Positions 1 to 9,502 of a stretch of 64,000 nucleotides of DNA are shown in pieces (positions within the stretch are counted from its first letter, which is position 1; every line of letters starts with the position of its first letter). Position numbers and translations under genes: made by a program. The notes beneath the pieces are model-generated. The model was not told the DNA's origin, made no database searches, and saw only the letters and a program-made list of their open reading frames with translations. The DNA comes from Legionella sp. (GTDB taxonomy: Bacteria > Pseudomonadota > Gammaproteobacteria > Legionellales > Legionellaceae), in NCBI GenBank assembly GCA_044233795.1, contig JBIIJL010000001.1:69466-133465 (forward strand), given 5' to 3'.

Positions 1-789
1 TGGCAAATTTGCAAAAAATTCAGTGGTTTGCGAAGCCTTTGGTAGGGCTGGAGCAATCATGGTTCGGATCTGCTGTCGTGCAAACTGCATGCTTAGCCTT
101 TGTGCCAATAATTCATCAAAAGCTACGCGTTTTAAGGCAGGGTGCATGCCTTCTTCGATGGATTGTAAAGAAATGTCTGGGGTAGGATGATGTAGTTGGC
201 CAATTGCATTGGACAATGAGACCAGTTGATTTGCTTGAAGTTGCTCGTTGCTCATCCACTCAATCAGGTTTAGTTCTTCTTGGCATAGTGCTAAAGAATT
301 TTTAATCAATTGGCGCAATTTGGTTTGACTTAAACCTTGTGTTGTGGGGTAGATGGGGGTCAGTGTCTCTTCAACCTGCAATATGCCATCTTCTTTGAGT
401 AATTGATATTCGGGATGGATCATTTCGAGAGAGTTTTGAAATGTTCGCACTTCACCAAAAACTAAAATTCGTGGGTTTTGGTTGAGTGCTGATACTTGAG
501 CCTGGTTAAAATGAAAAAATCTGAGTTTTAATAGACCTGTTTTATCTTCAATTGTGCAATACAGCATTCTCTTTTTGCCATATTTAATTTCAGTTTTACA
601 CACATTGCCAGTGACGACACACCATTCATTTGGTTTAAGGTCTCCGATAGGTGTGATTCGCGTGCGATCTTGGTATCGATAAGGTAAATGAAATAATAAA
701 TCTGTCAGGGTATGAATACCTAAGGTTGCAAGCCTTAAGGCAAGGGTTGGTCCAACGCCGGGTAGCGTATTGCAAGGATGAGTGAGCAC
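1..789 (-). CDS. recG: ATP-dependent DNA helicase RecG, N-terminal part (gene continues past the left edge of the window)
   Basis: Absent from the ORF track because it runs off the window. My minus-strand translation from about 789 reads VLTHPCNTLPGVGPTLALRLATLGIHTLTDLLFHLPYRYQDRTRITPIGDLKPNEW...VFGEVR...LHHPTPDISLQSIEEGMHPALKRVAFDELLAQRLSMQ and stays open to base 1. This is the typical RecG N-terminal/wedge region. The start is uncertain (GTG at 789..787; in-frame stop at 822..820). Confidence 0.8.
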   Translation of the reverse strand, partial: MLTHPCNTLPGVGPTLALRLATLGIHTLTDLLFHLPYRYQDRTRITPIGDLKPNEWCVVTGNVCKTEIKYGKKRMLYCTIEDKTGLLKLRFFHFNQAQVSALNQNPRILVFGEVRTFQNSLEMIHPEYQLLKEDGILQVEETLTPIYPTTQGLSQTKLRQLIKNSLALCQEELNLIEWMSNEQLQANQLVSLSNAIGQLHHPTPDISLQSIEEGMHPALKRVAFDELLAQRLSMQFARQQIRTMIAPALPKASQTTEFFANLP

Positions 790-939
790 GATTGGCAGGA
801 AAGTTAGGAAAAGCCAATACTAGCAGGATTTAGAGCAAGAGTGTAACTTCTTGCATCAGGGGGGCTTGTAAGCTGATTATTATTTGCATCTGGAGTTAAA
901 AAGCGCATAATAACTTCTTTTTGATGAAAGAAGTCAGCG

Positions 940-2700
940 ATGAAATCAACTGTTGAGCAATTGCTAAAAGAAGCATTCATTAGTCTTAAAACATCAGGCG
1001 TTATACCTTCTGATATTGTAGAGGAGATTAAAGTAGAGCGCTGTAAAGAGGCGAGTCATGGTGATTATGCAACCAATATAGCGCTCATACTTGCCAAGCC
1101 TTGTCGAAAGAGTCCTCGAGATGTTGCGGAACTATTGGTTCAAGCGATTACAAAACATCCCGATGTTAAAAGTATCGGAATTGCAGGCCCAGGGTTTATA
1201 AATTTTCGTTTTGAAGAGAAAGCCTTGGCTACAGTTATCACGACTATTTTACAAGATCGGGACCAATTTGGTCGGAGTAATATTGGTCAGGGTGTTCGTG
1301 TTTTGTTAGAGTTTGTTTCTGCCAATCCAACAGGGCCGCTGCATGTCGGGCACGGCCGCAGTGCGGCATTTGGTGCAACTTTAGCCAATGTGCTGAAAGC
1401 TGCGGGTTTTCAAGTGAGTCGCGAGTATTACGTGAATGACGCTGGCCGTCAGATGAATATTCTGGCGGCGAGTGTCTGGTTACGTTATCTTGAAATAGCT
1501 CAAGAACCGGTGGTATTTCCTACTAATGGTTATCGTGGGGCGTATGTGTTGGATATCGCACAGAAGATATTCGCACGTTTTGGAAAAATATACGTTCATC
1601 CATGGAGCTCTATCAAGGCGCAATTGCCTTTGGATGAACCTGAAGGTGGCAATAAAGAACTCTATATTGATGCTGTTATTAAAACAGCAGAAGCTATGTT
1701 GTCCTTGGATGGTTTCAAAATCTTTCATCAGTGTGCATTGAATTCAGTTCTTGATGATATTAAGGATGACTTGGCTGAGTTTGGTGTGACTTATGATGAT
1801 TGGTTTTCAGAACAATCGTTATCCGACGAGGGGGCGATCGATAAAAGTATCCAAGCTCTAAAAGAGGTGGGTTTTACCTATGAACAAGAAGGTGCGCTAT
1901 GGTTTAAAGCCACTTCATTTGGTGATGAAAAAGATCGAGTTCTTGTGAGGGCAAATGGTCAAACCACCTATTTTGCTTCAGATGTTGCATATCATTGGAA
2001 CAAATATGATAGAGGATTCGAACGAGTAATGGATGTGTTTGGTGCAGATCATCATGGCTATATCTCGCGGATTACTGCGGCCGTAAAAGCATTGGGTCAT
2101 GATGACACTGCTTTATGTATTTTACTTGTGCAATTTGCAATCCTTTATCGCGGTGCTTTGCGTGTGCAAATGTCAACGCGTAGTGGAGAGTTTGTAACGC
2201 TTCGTGAGTTACGTGAAGAAGTGGGTAACGATGCGGCAAGATTTTTTTATGTGATGCGTAAGCCTGAACAGCATATGGATTTTGATTTGGATTTGGCGAA
2301 ATCTCAATCTAGTGATAATCCAGTGTATTATATTCAATATGCTCATGCTCGAATCTGTAGTGTGTTAAGGCAAGTTGAAGAACGCGGTTTGAGCTTTGAT
2401 GAAGAGCAGGGGCTTAAGCATATTTCACGACTAGATTTACCCCAAGAAACAATATTAATTTCTTTACTTGGCAAATATCCAGAGGTGATTGAGGCCGCAG
2501 CTGAAAATGCGGAGCCTCATCAATTAGCGTATTTCTTGCGCGAGCTGGCTCATGGATTGCATAGCTATTATAACGCTGTGCCGCTGCTGTGTCCTGAGGA
2601 TGATCTAAGGCAGGCTAGGTTGTGCTTGATTAAGGCAGTGCGCCAAGTGCTCAGAAATGGTGTAGAATTAATGGGTGTATCTGCTCCTGAGAGTATGTAA
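940..2700 (+). CDS. argS: Arginine--tRNA ligase
   Basis: 586 aa, full length. Class I aaRS HIGH-type motif ([16 protein letters not shown]), MSTRSG (KMSKS equivalent) and a C-terminal anticodon-binding region. Confidence 0.95.
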   Translation: MKSTVEQLLKEAFISLKTSGVIPSDIVEEIKVERCKEASHGDYATNIALILAKPCRKSPRDVAELLVQAITKHPDVKSIGIAGPGFINFRFEEKALATVITTILQDRDQFGRSNIGQGVRVLLEFVSANPTGPLHVGHGRSAAFGATLANVLKAAGFQVSREYYVNDAGRQMNILAASVWLRYLEIAQEPVVFPTNGYRGAYVLDIAQKIFARFGKIYVHPWSSIKAQLPLDEPEGGNKELYIDAVIKTAEAMLSLDGFKIFHQCALNSVLDDIKDDLAEFGVTYDDWFSEQSLSDEGAIDKSIQALKEVGFTYEQEGALWFKATSFGDEKDRVLVRANGQTTYFASDVAYHWNKYDRGFERVMDVFGADHHGYISRITAAVKALGHDDTALCILLVQFAILYRGALRVQMSTRSGEFVTLRELREEVGNDAARFFYVMRKPEQHMDFDLDLAKSQSSDNPVYYIQYAHARICSVLRQVEERGLSFDEEQGLKHISRLDLPQETILISLLGKYPEVIEAAAENAEPHQLAYFLRELAHGLHSYYNAVPLLCPEDDLRQARLCLIKAVRQVLRNGVELMGVSAPESM

Positions 2701-3386
2701 TGGCAAAAAAGCTAATAAGAAGAAAATTAAATCATGATGGAGGTAGTGTTTCAAGACAGCTGCTTGTGGTTTTGATTTGTTTTCTTTTTGGGTTTTTAAC
2801 GGCTACCTGGGTTGATTGTTCGCGCTTGCGCCCATGGCTGGCTGCCTTTATCACCCAAGATAGTAGCGTTTTTCCCAAGACGCGATCGCCGGTAGAGATG
2901 GCAAATTTGCCGAAGCCTAAGCTTGAGTTTTACACATTATTAACAAGTGACCAACCAGATAAAGCAAAAAATGCGGCTGCAAGCCTCCCCTTGGTCGCGC
3001 AAAAGCCTATAACTAATGCACCTGTTGTATCAGCGCCAGGACCGTTGAATTTGACTGTGGTTAAAAATGAACCAACACAGGTTCCAGTAACCGCAGCATT
3101 GCCTCAACTTGCGGCAAAACAGTTGCCGAAGTCATTAGATTCGGCTCGAGGTGGCTACTTGGTTCAAATTGCTTCTTTCAAAAACAAACAAGAGGCACTG
3201 AAGATGCAGGCCTCTTTGCGACAGAAGGGTATCGTTGTGAGCCTTGCAGTTATGAATCAGCAACAAATCAATTGGTATAGAGTGGTTATGGGTCCTTTTG
3301 CGAGTAGAGGCGAGGCCTTACAAGCCCAGTCATCCGTGGCGCGGACGGAGCACATCAAGGGTATGGTCCGTAAGATGGATGCCTAG
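2700..3386 (+). CDS. SPOR-domain bitopic membrane protein (FtsN/DedD-like)
   Basis: 228 aa. Basic N-terminus plus one TM segment (LLVVLICFLFGFLTATWV), a P/A/Q-rich linker, and a C-terminal SPOR-like segment (GGYLVQIASFKNKQEALKMQASL...WYRVVMGPFASRGEALQAQ). The ATG overlaps the argS stop by 1 nt (TAATG). Confidence 0.7.
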   Translation: MAKKLIRRKLNHDGGSVSRQLLVVLICFLFGFLTATWVDCSRLRPWLAAFITQDSSVFPKTRSPVEMANLPKPKLEFYTLLTSDQPDKAKNAAASLPLVAQKPITNAPVVSAPGPLNLTVVKNEPTQVPVTAALPQLAAKQLPKSLDSARGGYLVQIASFKNKQEALKMQASLRQKGIVVSLAVMNQQQINWYRVVMGPFASRGEALQAQSSVARTEHIKGMVRKMDA

Positions 3387-3425
3387 CCTCGTTATATGTA
3401 AACATTTTGAGCATTGAGAGCTTTT

Positions 3426-5828
3426 ATGTCAACAAGCTATTGTTTTTCATTGCCTGGTATTACTTGCGTGATGTGTGTTCGGCCCATAGAGGATGTACTC
3501 CGAAACTGTCAACAAGAGCTCTATATTAAATCTTTTAGAGTCTGTCATGAAGAGCAAACGCTTACCATTGAGATGGAAGATGTGGCTCATTCTGCTGAAG
3601 ATCTGTTTGTACGTATTCAAACGATATTAAATGGTCAAGGTATCACCTGTGCTAAAGAGTCAATCCTTGCAAAAACTTCGCGATACCATTGGTTTTTGGG
3701 GTTTTTTGGTATTTTTTCAGGACTCCTTGTTATCCTTATACCGATGCTTTTTGTTAGCCTTCCTTTTTATGCAATAATGCTGATTGCAAGCCTTAGTGTG
3801 CTATTTACGCTTATCTTAGGCGCCAAATCTTACCAAGCGGCAGCTAAACAATTTATTAATACTCGCACACTCACTATGGACACACTTTTTTCTATTAGTA
3901 CTATCTCTGTACTGTCGGTGTCCGTGGCTGCATATTTTTTCCCCTGGTTGCCGGCAATGTATGATGTAGGTTTATTGATTTTTGGGTTTCGACATCTTGG
4001 TTTGGCTATAGAAAAATCCATAAAAACAACCACAGGATTACGGCAGATGTTTAAGGATAGACTTCCTAAAGAAGTGCAACAATGGATGAATAATTGTTAT
4101 TCTGCTAGTTCACTTAGCAAGGTTGAGGCAGGTGCTAGGCTATTGATTTTACCGGGAGAGATTATTCCTTTAGATGGATATTCGGATACTGAGAGCAGTA
4201 TGCTACTTGAAACTATTGTCACGGGCAATCCACTGCCTCGCCATATCAAAAGAGGTGAGCAGGTGCTTGCGGGGATGTATTTGGCTGAAGGTGCACAACC
4301 ACTAGAGATGGTTGTTACCGCAAATGTTAAACAATGTTATCTAACAAGGCTTGATGAGCGAATAGCTGAGGCTAACGTCTCGAAGGCACCACTTGAAACA
4401 GCAGCAAATCAAATGCTCGAGTATTTTATTCCCATGATTTTGTTGTTAGCAGGTGTATCAGGGCTTTTAGTTACAGAGTTTTTTTCAGTTGCGCTCGGGA
4501 TTCATTGTGCGGTTGCAGTGCTGGTTTCTGCTTGTCCTTGTACATTGGGTTTGATAACGCCATTAGCAGTTAAAATTGGTATGAACAAAGCTGCTGAGTA
4601 TGGTGTGTTGTTTAAAAGCGCTAAATCATTGCAAGAAGCTGAGAAAATGGACGCCATAGTGTTTGATTTACATGGGACCTTAACCAAAGGTGAGTTTTCA
4701 GTCAGGAAGCATGGGTTTGATATGAGCTGCGGCCTGACTGAAGAAAAAGTGTTTAGTCTTTTTGCGTTATTAGAAAAAAATTCCACCCATTTGATGGCAC
4801 GTGCAGTTTGTGAGTTTGTACAGTCGAAAAATATTACGTTGCCAAAAGATGATTGCGTCTCAGAGGTTAACATTTCTCATCACTCGGGTGTTACGGGGGT
4901 CATAAACAATTCAAATTATACTGTTGGTAATCAAAAAATGATGGATGATGAGGGTATCGAAACTTCACCGTTCCAAAACGAGCGAGCTCTGGTTGACCTA
5001 GAGCCTGGCGACACAGTGATATATCTTGCCGAAGGAAAGCGGGCCATTGGCTATATGGTTTTGACTGATCCTTTGCGAGAAAATGCACGGGATGTTGTCG
5101 ATTGGTTAAAAAAAATGGGTAAGGATGTGTATCTGAATACTGGTGCTCATGATGCAACAGCCCAACGTTATGCACGATTGCTTGGGATTGATCAAAAGAA
5201 TATGCGCACTGAAAGTCCAAATGAAGACAAAGCAAAATATATTCGTGAGCTTAAAGCACTTGGGAGATATGTTGCTATGGTCGGAGATGCTGCTAATGAT
5301 ACATTGGCCATTGCAGCTAGTGATTTTGGAATAGCCATGAATTCTCGTGCTGGGGATCCAATGACACAGCAAGAGGCAAGTGCTGTTGTTCAGAGTGGCT
5401 CTTTGTTTCCGGTTTTGACAGCATTTGCAGTTTCTTCTCAAAGTGTTGGCAACATTAAGCAGAATTTGTGGATAAGCTTTAGCTATAATCTTTTTGCGAT
5501 GGTCTTGGCAAGCGGTTTGTTTTTGTCATATGGGGTGATGCTCAATCCAAGTGTTGGCGTGTTGTTAATGATTGTGCAAACCAGTTTCATTCTCCTTAAC
5601 GCTTATCGTTTCAAAAGTGAGAAGCTTGGGCATCAAAAATATTTTGGCAATTTTAATTCTTCAGAGTCGAATAGTTATCGCATGGCCATGAATAAAATAT
5701 CAGGCCAGAAGGTAGCATTTGATATGATGCCTAGCGGTACGTCAGAATGCTATGCAGATAATTTATTTAAAGCCGCATATCAACCAAGCCCTGAAGCGCC
5801 TTTACCAACTGTTTGTTGCACGATTTAA
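3426..5828 (+). CDS. P1B-type (heavy-metal) P-type ATPase homologue with degenerate catalytic motifs
   Basis: About 800 aa. HMA-like N-terminus (GITCVMC), eight-TM layout, TM CPC motif (SACPCTLGL, 4533..4541). The soluble-domain signatures deviate from consensus: DLHGT, TGNP, GDAAND. ATG at 3426 is preferred over the track TTG at 3414. Confidence 0.75.
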   Translation: MSTSYCFSLPGITCVMCVRPIEDVLRNCQQELYIKSFRVCHEEQTLTIEMEDVAHSAEDLFVRIQTILNGQGITCAKESILAKTSRYHWFLGFFGIFSGLLVILIPMLFVSLPFYAIMLIASLSVLFTLILGAKSYQAAAKQFINTRTLTMDTLFSISTISVLSVSVAAYFFPWLPAMYDVGLLIFGFRHLGLAIEKSIKTTTGLRQMFKDRLPKEVQQWMNNCYSASSLSKVEAGARLLILPGEIIPLDGYSDTESSMLLETIVTGNPLPRHIKRGEQVLAGMYLAEGAQPLEMVVTANVKQCYLTRLDERIAEANVSKAPLETAANQMLEYFIPMILLLAGVSGLLVTEFFSVALGIHCAVAVLVSACPCTLGLITPLAVKIGMNKAAEYGVLFKSAKSLQEAEKMDAIVFDLHGTLTKGEFSVRKHGFDMSCGLTEEKVFSLFALLEKNSTHLMARAVCEFVQSKNITLPKDDCVSEVNISHHSGVTGVINNSNYTVGNQKMMDDEGIETSPFQNERALVDLEPGDTVIYLAEGKRAIGYMVLTDPLRENARDVVDWLKKMGKDVYLNTGAHDATAQRYARLLGIDQKNMRTESPNEDKAKYIRELKALGRYVAMVGDAANDTLAIAASDFGIAMNSRAGDPMTQQEASAVVQSGSLFPVLTAFAVSSQSVGNIKQNLWISFSYNLFAMVLASGLFLSYGVMLNPSVGVLLMIVQTSFILLNAYRFKSEKLGHQKYFGNFNSSESNSYRMAMNKISGQKVAFDMMPSGTSECYADNLFKAAYQPSPEAPLPTVCCTI

Positions 5829-6163
5829 CGCGTCACTGTCACTGAGATTTTGGTTGCGTTTTTGATAGCGTAAGGTTTAGTAACAGTGATGGTAAGTTGA
5901 TTGATGTTGAATTTTTCTTTAATGAAGAGCGCTATTTTGTCAGCAACGGTTTCTATGAGTTCAAAAGCGCACCCTTCGACGAATTGGGTGACAGCCTTGC
6001 ATAATTTATCATAATCAATCGTTTTTGCGAGTTTATCATCACAGTTTTTTGTGTCGATAGGGATTTGAATATCAAAAGATAAAGGTTGTAAAATACGTTT
6101 TTCCCAGTCATGGACCCCGATATGGGTCATGATATTAAGACCTGTGATGTTAAGCATATCCAT
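5825..6163 (-). CDS. folB: Dihydroneopterin aldolase
   Basis: 112 aa with the FolB-like pattern (GxxxxxGVHDWEK...TIDYDKLCKAV...FELIETVADKIA). Converges on the ATPase gene; the two stop codons share one TTAA. Confidence 0.75.
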   Translation of the reverse strand: MDMLNITGLNIMTHIGVHDWEKRILQPLSFDIQIPIDTKNCDDKLAKTIDYDKLCKAVTQFVEGCAFELIETVADKIALFIKEKFNINQLTITVTKPYAIKNATKISVTVTR

Positions 6164-6215
6164 GAGCTTATCCTTGACAAAAGCGCATCATAACAACTCT
6201 TTTTCTGTGTGGGAA

Positions 6216-7526
6216 TCATTGTAAATACAAGTAAGCACCCACTACCCCCAACCCAAATAAAATAATCATTGCTATAGGTGTTTCAGATTTTTTCATATGG
6301 GTGAATAGGGCTACATGCTCATCTCGATGGGCAAGTCTTGCTGTGATCAATAACAAGAGCAATAGACCATAAAAATGAAAGGAATAAACACTCAGCTTGG
6401 AGAGATATGAGTGCATGCTATGCGTTGGGATGTAGTTTAGTGGAAAGTTTAATAAAAACAAACAGAGATACCAAAGCCCCTGAATTTTTATCGGGGTATT
6501 TTTGTGAAATGAATTTTTCCAAGTCAAAGCTAAGGGCAAGAGCAAAATTTCGAAGTAGTAAAGCCAGCCTAGGGGGCTTAAAAGGAGCATGACCACCAGG
6601 GTTAAACAAAACGATGCATGTGCCGCTGGTTGTTTTTCAATTTTCTTCATATAAACAAGATAAGCAATCAATGCTACACAAAAGATAACAACATAGGCTA
6701 GTTGCACCCACAAGAGGTGTGTGATTTCGTAGTGCGAATTGGCAAGGAGCCGAAAGATGAAGCCATAGATTGATGCATTCCAACTATCGCCATACCAAAG
6801 AACACGCGGCATCATATTGATATACTCAAAATAAATCGTGCTACCGAAGGTGAGCCACGGGACTAAGCTTACTAATATAGTTGTGAAGAGCATAAGCCAA
6901 AATACTTTGTAGCGATTTTGTAAGAGCACATAAAAAAATAGTAGTGCAGGGAAGAGTTTAAAAGAGATGATGATGCCCCAAAAAAATCCTGCAAAATAAT
7001 CATATTTTTTGAGGTAGAGATGATAGCCATACATGATGAAAAAAAAGATAACAGTGCCAAACTGGGCGATGGTGGTGTTCATGATCGTTGAGAACAACGA
7101 TAAATAGAGAAGATAAAACAATAATTTATCTTTTTTTAATAAGTCTTGAGGAAATGCATATTTAAAAACGAGGTTTGCGCCGATGAGTCCTAAAATAAAA
7201 GATGTGATACACCATAGTAACAAGGCATGGTCATAGCTTAGGTGTATGAGGGGGTTAAAAGCCCACAATACCACGGGTGGGTTAAGATTTGCTGGTAATT
7301 TTTTTACACTTGGCAAATAGTGAGCATATAATACTTGGTATGGATTGGTGCCTTCTGCAGCAGCTTTTGATGCTGAATAAAGTGAAGAAAAATCAAGCCT
7401 GAGATGGTAGGTAAAGGCTAAGTTAAATAAAGTGCCATATATCATCAATATCAACAACGCAAAGCTTAAGCGCCATAGCTTGCAGGAAAATAATACACTC
7501 GGAACTTGCGGTATGTTGTTCATCAA
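6216..7526 (-). CDS. Polytopic membrane protein, GT-C-type glycosyltransferase-like (DUF2029/GT87-like)
   Basis: 436 aa with about 11 predicted TM segments. The central FKLFPALLFFYVLLQNRYK ... WNASIYGFIFRLL pattern resembles the DUF2029 mannosyltransferase-like family. Assigned from motif memory only. Confidence 0.45.
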   Translation of the reverse strand: MMNNIPQVPSVLFSCKLWRLSFALLILMIYGTLFNLAFTYHLRLDFSSLYSASKAAAEGTNPYQVLYAHYLPSVKKLPANLNPPVVLWAFNPLIHLSYDHALLLWCITSFILGLIGANLVFKYAFPQDLLKKDKLLFYLLYLSLFSTIMNTTIAQFGTVIFFFIMYGYHLYLKKYDYFAGFFWGIIISFKLFPALLFFYVLLQNRYKVFWLMLFTTILVSLVPWLTFGSTIYFEYINMMPRVLWYGDSWNASIYGFIFRLLANSHYEITHLLWVQLAYVVIFCVALIAYLVYMKKIEKQPAAHASFCLTLVVMLLLSPLGWLYYFEILLLPLALTWKNSFHKNTPIKIQGLWYLCLFLLNFPLNYIPTHSMHSYLSKLSVYSFHFYGLLLLLLITARLAHRDEHVALFTHMKKSETPIAMIILFGLGVVGAYLYLQ

Positions 7527-7650
7527 AAATCATCCTACGCCATCAAACCTGATTCTGCAATTACCCTTCCTTTTTGAGCTTTAGTGTCAGTAGCAATTTG
7601 AGAAATACGAGTAATTAACCAGGAGATAATTTCTTCTTTTTGCCCAACAA

Positions 7651-7679
7651 TTGACTCTTTCGGTTATTTGTGGTAGGAT
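7651..7679 (+). promoter_or_regulatory. Putative sigma70 promoter for the 7713 ORF
   Basis: TTGACT (7651..7656), a 17-nt spacer, then TAGGAT (7674..7679) preceded by TGg (extended -10). It lies 34 nt upstream of the ATG at 7713. Confidence 0.4.
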
Positions 7680-7712
7680 TGCCCCTTGTGTTTTATTCTA
7701 GATGAAATAATC

Positions 7713-9413
7713 ATGCCGTTACCAAAAATTGCTGGTTTATTAAATAACTGTGCCTTGAATAGTGGATTACCTACACTTTTAGATGTTATTCAAGAAATTG
7801 GCGAGGCAGAAGCTTGTGGGAACTTGGATAAGTTTGCAGACTCTCCTATCTTTCAAAAATACCGAATGTTGAAGAGTATTTTTGCCGCTTACTACCGTAT
7901 TTCATGTAATGAGTTTAATTGGGTCGTCTTCAGTAGGTATTTAAACGAACATTCATTTTTGGCTAATGAAATTATTTTTGCTCCTATATTGAGGATATTT
8001 ATCGCTCAAATAGCAATATTTGGTGGTAAATATTTTGATCCACTTATGGAGGTGGATGATGTGGCGGGGTTGTGTGAGTTACAAGATGCAGTCCAAGGAC
8101 GTTACTACAACCTTGAATTTGTTGAAGCTGCAGAATTATTTTATCATCAATTTGGTATTTCGATGCGGATCTCTCAAGTTCACGGTGAAACCACGGTACC
8201 TACTGGCGAACTTATTGCTAATGAGAAGATAGATTATCCGTTTAGAGATGGAGCACGACCATCTGTTACCTTGTATCTTAGTGGTGGAGAAACTGAGGGC
8301 AATGGCCATTTTGAAATTCAACCGCCTGGGGATGAACTAAACGAGGCTTCAAGGCTTTTTAATGTTGAAATGAATGGACTCTCGCCAGCATTGAACAAGA
8401 TTTTTGAAGGGCTAACCTCGTCAATGACTGCTGCTGAATCACGATCTTGTTTAGACAGTCAACTACTGCCTTATGTTCAGGATGGGCTGGGTAGATTAAT
8501 GGCAGACATTGCGAATCAAGTTCCAAATGCGCCGCGCAGCTATAATCCCTCAAATTTTATCGTAAGCTCTAAAGATTATTTGATGCATAGAGCAGGGGAG
8601 CATGAATATTCACGTGAAGGACTGCAAACGATGGTGCTGATTTTGCTCGGAATTCTTTATGATAACGGTGAAAGCAATGCGCAAACTTTGATAGAGGCTA
8701 TTACTTACTTGAGTGATCTTCCAACGCCAACCTCCAAACAGATATTGGATCGCTTATTGAGTAATATTATTCGTTCAGGGGCAAATTTAACAAATGAGAA
8801 AGTACAAGAATCTAAATTTGCCGTGGATGTTTTTCAACGAGCGAATAATTATGTTCTTTCTCTTTTTAAATTTACTACATCGCCTATTGAACAACCGCCG
8901 GCACTTCAGACCGCATTTGATATTATTGAGACTTCTTGGTGTGGTTATTTTGAGCAAGATGATGCAAAATTTCTGTTTGCTATCCACAACACACTGTGTT
9001 TATTAGCCCAACCATCTTCTAATTACGTTGTAGAAGACTTTGTTTCAATAATGAACAAGCTTATAGAAAATAATACTGCCAGCCCAGCTACTCAGAGGGA
9101 TACTGATGCGTCTAGTATTTCCGTTGTTAAAGAACGAGAGGTACACAAAGACCAACCGAAAAAAGGTAATTATGCACAACGGGTTGCAGGTTTGATGCTG
9201 TCGCTTCTAGGTATGACTGTGATCGCAGGATTTACTGGAGCATACGTGATGGGTTTTTTGCTCTCAGTACCTGCGACAGTGGTTGGGATGGCTATAGGCA
9301 TTGGTATAACGGCAAGTGGTTACGGATTTTTTAGAGCAGGCCAAGGTAGTGGTTTCGCAAAAGATGCCTCTGCTGATAAGATACCTTTAAGTGCTATGGG
9401 TATGGTTTCTTAA
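7713..9413 (+). CDS. Hypothetical protein; candidate OTU-like (Lot-type) cysteine protease with C-terminal TM hairpin
   Basis: 566 aa from the ATG (the track starts at TTG 7686). N-terminal LLNNCALNS (Cys codon 7749..7751) and VTLYLSGGETEGNGHFEIQ (His codon 8307..8309), separated by about 185 mostly helical residues. C-terminal Gly/Ala-rich double TM (VAGLMLSLLGMTVIAGFTGAYVMGFLLSVPATVVGMAIGIGITASGYGFF). Confidence 0.6.
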   Translation: MPLPKIAGLLNNCALNSGLPTLLDVIQEIGEAEACGNLDKFADSPIFQKYRMLKSIFAAYYRISCNEFNWVVFSRYLNEHSFLANEIIFAPILRIFIAQIAIFGGKYFDPLMEVDDVAGLCELQDAVQGRYYNLEFVEAAELFYHQFGISMRISQVHGETTVPTGELIANEKIDYPFRDGARPSVTLYLSGGETEGNGHFEIQPPGDELNEASRLFNVEMNGLSPALNKIFEGLTSSMTAAESRSCLDSQLLPYVQDGLGRLMADIANQVPNAPRSYNPSNFIVSSKDYLMHRAGEHEYSREGLQTMVLILLGILYDNGESNAQTLIEAITYLSDLPTPTSKQILDRLLSNIIRSGANLTNEKVQESKFAVDVFQRANNYVLSLFKFTTSPIEQPPALQTAFDIIETSWCGYFEQDDAKFLFAIHNTLCLLAQPSSNYVVEDFVSIMNKLIENNTASPATQRDTDASSISVVKEREVHKDQPKKGNYAQRVAGLMLSLLGMTVIAGFTGAYVMGFLLSVPATVVGMAIGIGITASGYGFFRAGQGSGFAKDASADKIPLSAMGMVS

Positions 9414-9502
9414 TCACACCTATTCAAACTATCTTTGTGATCAACTAAATGTATGTAATTTATGTTAGTATCGCTTTTCGTTCTTCATATGTGCGATAGT
9501 TG

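Noticed and set aside
635-817. Track ORF of 60 aa on the minus strand.
   Set aside because: It is an off-frame shadow inside the real recG reading frame, which I translated by hand from about 789 to base 1. It has no independent support.
913-934. Perfect 8-bp hairpin (ACTTCTTT-ttgatg-AAAGAAGT) ending 5 nt before the argS start codon and covering the likely RBS.
   Set aside because: It could be a translational control element, but a single short AT-rich stem is weak evidence and no T-box or leader features accompany it.
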